The position numbers and the translations under genes are program-made. From sequence record MT833282.1: 64,000 bases of DNA. One strand, 5' to 3'. This DNA comes from Escherichia coli phage vB_EcoM_Shy. The notes under the pieces are model-generated. The model was not told where the DNA came from, did not search any database, and saw only the letters and a program-made list of their open reading frames with translations. This document shows positions 61,595 to 64,000 of the stretch, piece after piece (position 1 is the first letter of the stretch; each line of letters begins with the position of its first letter).

Positions 61595-62734
61595 TTATTC
61601 GTAGTCTCGAATAACTAACCCAACAGGGAACTGTAAAGAACCTTTACGAGTCATCTTCTGGAACTGAACCGTCAAAGGTTTCCCGATAAACTCTTCAGGA
61701 TGTTCAGCAAGATACTGTTTCTTCTCATGAGTAGTCTTCCATGAGACATCTACAAAGACGTTAGGAAGAGTCTCTACAACGAACTTGCCATGACCACGCT
61801 TATCAGTCTTTACACCAGTCACTTTAAACTCTTCAGTGTGCATCTTCTTGTGCTTAATCAAGAAGTATGAACGGTGACAACACTCATAGAAGGAGTCTTC
61901 AGAGATTGAACGGTACATTGCACCTTCAAACTTAGCTTCAACCCACTTATCATGAGCTTCATCAAACTCTTCCCAAGAATTTACACGACGAGACTTAACA
62001 GGGATAACTTTACAGCCATCTCTAAAGTCATTCAATGGTGAAGTCTCAATAATATCTCTACGCTCAGGCCACGTCTTAGTACTGTCACAGATATCATACC
62101 AGTAAAACTTGAGCAAGTGTCTGTCAGGATTGTCTTCATTTTTAATCATAGAGACAATATCTTCTAAGTCCCATCCATGAGCATAAATCTCACCATCAAA
62201 CTCATCAACATCTTTGTGGAGCCTTAACATTGCCATAATGTCAGGTATTAGCTCAGTAGGGATTTTATAAACAGTATTCTCACGAGAGTATGCTGTAAAT
62301 ACACTACCAATGCTTAAGTGCCTTGAAATCCTACAACGGACACCATCAAGTTTCGGTTGAGCATCAGCAGGAAATTTCAAATACTTTGCATGGCTAACCT
62401 TTGCAGCATCATGAGCAAGCTGTACACCTACCTTCTCAGTGTTCTGTGCAGACTCTTTTGTGTAAGCATAACCTTTACGGTCAACCTGCTTTTTATACTT
62501 AGCAGCAACTTCAAAGAGAGCTTGCTGTTCAGCATTACGCTCATTCTTTTTACCGATGTTTTTAGGTTCTGCTGTATACTCTTCAAACATCATCTTGCCA
62601 TTTTCTTTACCGTAGGTTGTAATAACTTTGTCACCTACAGCAACGCATGACCAGACGTTAAAAGAGCCGTCTTTATTTTGTTTGTACAGTATTGTCATTT
62701 TATTCCTCTGAGTGATACCAAGTATTGCAAGCAT
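61595..62734 (-). CDS. ATP-dependent DNA ligase (probable)
   Basis: 379-aa ORF with nucleotidyltransferase motif I KLDGVR (adenylation lysine). Confidence 0.7.
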   Translation of the reverse strand: MLAILGITQRNKMTILYKQNKDGSFNVWSCVAVGDKVITTYGKENGKMMFEEYTAEPKNIGKKNERNAEQQALFEVAAKYKKQVDRKGYAYTKESAQNTEKVGVQLAHDAAKVSHAKYLKFPADAQPKLDGVRCRISRHLSIGSVFTAYSRENTVYKIPTELIPDIMAMLRLHKDVDEFDGEIYAHGWDLEDIVSMIKNEDNPDRHLLKFYWYDICDSTKTWPERRDIIETSPLNDFRDGCKVIPVKSRRVNSWEEFDEAHDKWVEAKFEGAMYRSISEDSFYECCHRSYFLIKHKKMHTEEFKVTGVKTDKRGHGKFVVETLPNVFVDVSWKTTHEKKQYLAEHPEEFIGKPLTVQFQKMTRKGSLQFPVGLVIRDYE

Positions 62735-62891
62735 TACATGCGTAAAGCTCTAAGTCATTTTTATCTGGTTTATGAAAACAGTTTGCTCCGCAGTGGCAAC
62801 GAAACGGCTTTCCACCAACTGTCAGGATGAAGGATTGAACCTTTCCATCAGGAGTTCGTACAGCATTTTTATGCTTATCTTCTTTACTCAT
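62700..62891 (-). CDS. small zinc-finger protein
   Basis: 63-aa ORF with CHCGANCFH ... CNACNTWYH. Confidence 0.4.
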   Translation of the reverse strand: MSKEDKHKNAVRTPDGKVQSFILTVGGKPFRCHCGANCFHKPDKNDLELYACNACNTWYHSEE

Positions 62892-63047
62892 TTGTGCTCT
62901 TACCTTTGTCAGATTTCATATAGGACATGTTACTATTCCTTTTAATAAAATGTACAACGCATTTTGGTGTATCTTTTGCATCTTTGATGTGCAACCTTTC
63001 GAAGCTGTGTACTGTGAAGATTGCATCTGTCATTGTTTGCTTAGTTT

Positions 63048-63353
63048 TCATTTTCTCTTACCACCAATCTCTACGTCAATAACTTGAACATCACCAGCAA
63101 CATCAAACTTATGAATGACACTTTCCACAGTGTAAGTCCAACCATCAATATGAACCAATTCACCTTCTCGTGGGACGATTGGGTTACGTTGAGCTACGGT
63201 TGTAGTGGAGTGAACAACATCATAACAGTAGATATAGTTTACTAAGGCTTCCATCTTGAAAACCTCACTCAATAACAGTAGTGTGTGATTGGCCATTTTT
63301 GCCATAGCTATAAGATGTTGTTGTTTGAGAATTTGGACATCTGACAACAACAA
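63048..63353 (-). CDS. hypothetical protein
   Basis: 101-aa ORF. Confidence 0.4.
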   Translation of the reverse strand: MLLSDVQILKQQHLIAMAKMANHTLLLLSEVFKMEALVNYIYCYDVVHSTTTVAQRNPIVPREGELVHIDGWTYTVESVIHKFDVAGDVQVIDVEIGGKRK

Positions 63354-63525
63354 TATCTCTGCTTATGGCATCACCATGTAACTTATAGACTTTGCAATCT
63401 TGCATCTCTGGTGGGAGGCTATAAGAAGCGTTTTTGTCCTCGTAAGAGGGATTACAGCCAGATAGAAAGATAACACTAAGCACAATTACTGCTTTCCACA
63501 TAATACTTCTCCTATTACTGTTCAC
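63265..63525 (-). CDS. lipoprotein (putative)
   Basis: 86-aa ORF with signal peptide and lipobox (VIFLSGC); its 3' end overlaps the 63048-63353 ORF in another frame, so one start may be wrong. Confidence 0.45.
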   Translation of the reverse strand: MNSNRRSIMWKAVIVLSVIFLSGCNPSYEDKNASYSLPPEMQDCKVYKLHGDAISRDIVVVRCPNSQTTTSYSYGKNGQSHTTVIE

Positions 63526-63670
63526 GATGTTCTACTTCTCTGTACGTTCGTCGATAGTTTATAATAAGCTGTGCTAACTCGTTGCTTTTAACATCTGAAC
63601 GTAGAAGTTGCCAATCAAAACCTTTGCCGACTCTTCCATATAAACTAAAGAATTTTACTTTGCGTTTCAT
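63515..63670 (-). CDS. small hypothetical protein (51 aa)
   Basis: below the track cut-off; preceded on the minus strand by GAGTATTGGAGATACCAAA-ATG, the same leader as the next gene. Confidence 0.3.
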   Translation of the reverse strand: MKRKVKFFSLYGRVGKGFDWQLLRSDVKSNELAQLIINYRRTYREVEHREQ

Positions 63671-63687
63671 TTTGGTATCTCCAATAC

Positions 63688-63915
63688 TCAGATGTCAATG
63701 CTAATACGTTCACCTTTAAGGACTCCTGTACGGTCCCTTGCAATCTTACCGTCAACAATAAGAATATGCGCAGACCTTAAAGACTCACTATTAAAACCTT
63801 TTACGAACTTGCTGGGCATCACCACAATAAGCATCTCTTGAATCAGCTCTGGAGTATAGCAATTGTCGTGAAGTTGCTGAATAACGTCTGAAAGTGTCAT
63901 TTTTGATGTCTCCAA
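63688..63915 (-). CDS. hypothetical protein
   Basis: 75-aa ORF preceded on the minus strand by GAGTATTGGAGACATCAAAA-ATG. Confidence 0.45.
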   Translation of the reverse strand: METSKMTLSDVIQQLHDNCYTPELIQEMLIVVMPSKFVKGFNSESLRSAHILIVDGKIARDRTGVLKGERISIDI

Positions 63916-64000
63916 TACTCAATATCAATAAGTTCTTGTGCAATGCTTTTCAGATTACCTTTCAAGAAAACCTTCTCAGAACCTGAAAGAGATGAATTGT

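Overview
This window reads as a contiguous stretch of a virulent tailed-phage genome (about 38-40% GC by eye) with a T4-/Felix-O1-like gene set. Left to right: (1) rIIA (5' end cut by the window edge) and rIIB; (2) a rightward early block (3.5-14.6 kb) containing a secreted SLT-type lytic transglycosylase, a HAD-like phosphatase, an overlapped i-spanin/o-spanin pair, a macro-domain protein and about 20 small ORFs, most preceded by a reiterated intergenic cassette (promoter overlapping the upstream stop codon, 5'-UTR hairpin, conserved Shine-Dalgarno leader); (3) a 1.6 kb ORF-free, repeat-dense region (14.7-16.3 kb) bounded by convergent terminators; (4) a leftward block (16.3-24.8 kb) with a T4-lysozyme-like endolysin and an Ig-like-repeat protein; (5) a Ro60/TROVE-like vWA protein immediately upstream of a tRNA array of about 27 tRNAs (27.0-32.1 kb) whose spacers hold a family of conserved structured elements, one with a circularly permuted tRNA-like domain; (6) a packaging and morphogenesis operon (32.3-56.1 kb): large terminase, portal, S49 prohead protease, decoration-like protein, major capsid protein, sheath, tube, tape measure, baseplate proteins and two tail-fibre paralogues; (7) a leftward block (56.1-64.0 kb) with thymidylate synthase, dihydrofolate reductase, an HTH regulator, ATP-dependent DNA ligase and duplicated G-poor intergenic modules. 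No CRISPR array, integrase or transposase was recognised. All calls are from reading the sequence and the supplied ORF track; no database search or folding program was run, tRNA coordinates are hand-folded estimates (roughly +/-3 nt), and unlabelled ORFs are left as hypothetical.
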